From: Bacteroidales bacterium
GTDB taxonomy: Bacteria > Bacteroidota > Bacteroidia > Bacteroidales > JAADJA01
Direction of reading: 5' to 3'
NCBI GenBank assembly: GCA_047920975.1
Contig: JBLRXC010000001.1
Location: forward strand, 12,220-76,219
DNA: 64,000 nt
Shown here: piece by piece, positions 63,293 to 64,000 of the stretch
How the letters are laid out: each line of letters opens with the position of its first letter
Numbering within the stretch: the first letter of the stretch is position 1
Notes under the pieces: model-generated
The model's input: only the letters and a program-made list of their open reading frames with translations
What the model was told of the DNA's origin: nothing
Databases searched by the model: none
Made by a program: the position numbers and the translations under genes

Positions 63293-63961
63293 CTATTGTG
63301 TAAAGACAAACTGTATGATGTTGGCACCCATTTTCAATGCCCTGAGATGTGTCTCCTTTGAGTTATTGTGCACAACCGGGTCTTCCCAGCCATCGCCGAG
63401 ATCACATTCGTAATCATAGAAACATACCATCCGGCCTTCATGAAAAATCGCAAATCCCTGAGGCGGCTTTCCGTCATGCTCGTGTATTTTGGGTAACCCA
63501 TTGTTAAAAGTGTATTTCTGATGGAAAATGGGATGGTTAAACGGAAGCTCAACAAAGTCAGCTTCGGGAAAAACCTTTTTCATTTCACGCCTGATGTACT
63601 GATCAAGCCCGTAATTGTCAGATACATGCAAAAACCCTCCCCCAATTAAATAATCACGAAGGTTCCGGACCTCCTGGCCCGAAAGAACGATGTTTCCGTG
63701 ACCCGTTATGTGAATAAAAGGGTAGTTGATGATCTCCGGACTTCCGACATCAACCGTGGCTGTCTCAGAATGGATATTGGTACCCAGATTCTCATTACAG
63801 AATTTAATGAGATTGGGTAGGGAGGTAGGATTGGCATACCAGTCACCTCCACCGGCATATTTAACCACGGCTATCTGAACTGATGTCTGTACCTGTGCTG
63901 CTGAAAACAAGACCAGTAAAACAAATGTTGTCAATAGCTTTTTGAAAGTTTTCGTCATCAT
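63293..63961 (-). CDS. DUF4159 domain protein (secreted)
   Basis: The ATG at 63961 gives a signal peptide. VVKYAGGGDWYANPTSLPNLI...FIHITGHGNIVLSGQEVRNLRDYLIGGGFLHVSDNYG matches my memory of DUF4159. Confidence 0.7.
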   Translation of the reverse strand: MMTKTFKKLLTTFVLLVLFSAAQVQTSVQIAVVKYAGGGDWYANPTSLPNLIKFCNENLGTNIHSETATVDVGSPEIINYPFIHITGHGNIVLSGQEVRNLRDYLIGGGFLHVSDNYGLDQYIRREMKKVFPEADFVELPFNHPIFHQKYTFNNGLPKIHEHDGKPPQGFAIFHEGRMVCFYDYECDLGDGWEDPVVHNNSKETHLRALKMGANIIQFVFTQ

Positions 63962-64000
63962 TATGAGCTTTTTTAAAATTGATCGCATTTTGCTGCCCTG

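Overview
The window looks like chromosomal DNA from a Bacteroidota-type, probably anaerobic or microaerophilic, bacterium. Evidence for this: T9SS C-terminal sorting domains, a CarboxypepD_reg-type TonB-dependent receptor, a GT3 glycogen synthase, and recurrent TAnnTTTG -7 promoter boxes. It is densely coding, with about 60 CDS. There is one tRNA-His and one clear pseudogene. I found no rRNA, CRISPR array, transposase, integrase or phage genes. Content from left to right: (1) a Fur-family regulator with katG; katG is missing from the ORF track and runs off the left edge. (2) A cation-chloride-cotransporter-like permease and an ABC exporter. (3) A compact six-gene sulfur/respiratory module at 6455-12349: an octaheme Otr-like cytochrome c, a cytochrome b, a tandem-rhodanese lipoprotein, a split YeeE/YedE pair and two further rhodanese domains. 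Three consecutive proteins in this module end in the same Gly-Gly-Cys tail, which is my top candidate for an undescribed system. (4) A long KamA-family radical SAM protein. (5) Alpha-glucan genes: a GDE/GT4/GH57 operon whose GH57 carries a FliG_C-like tail, and a 1413-aa GT3 synthase-GT35 phosphorylase fusion. (6) A TonB receptor / MbnP-like / di-heme peroxidase cluster. (7) Housekeeping genes: lysS, fmt, hup, mpg, hutI, ilvE, rocD. (8) An eight-gene arsenic island that includes a lipoprotein with a duplicated NPxHGQPYHRCDIPVGxPL motif. (9) A GDCCVxC mini-protein, a DUF4160/DUF2442 pair and T9SS cargo proteins. (10) A ferredoxin / flavodoxin / ZupT locus. Noncoding oddities: a 978-bp gene-free, hairpin-rich gap; a 42-nt repeat shared between that gap and the truncation point of the pseudogene; and several families of short intergenic hairpins and low-complexity repeats. 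Family names come from my reading of motifs and from memory. No database search was run.
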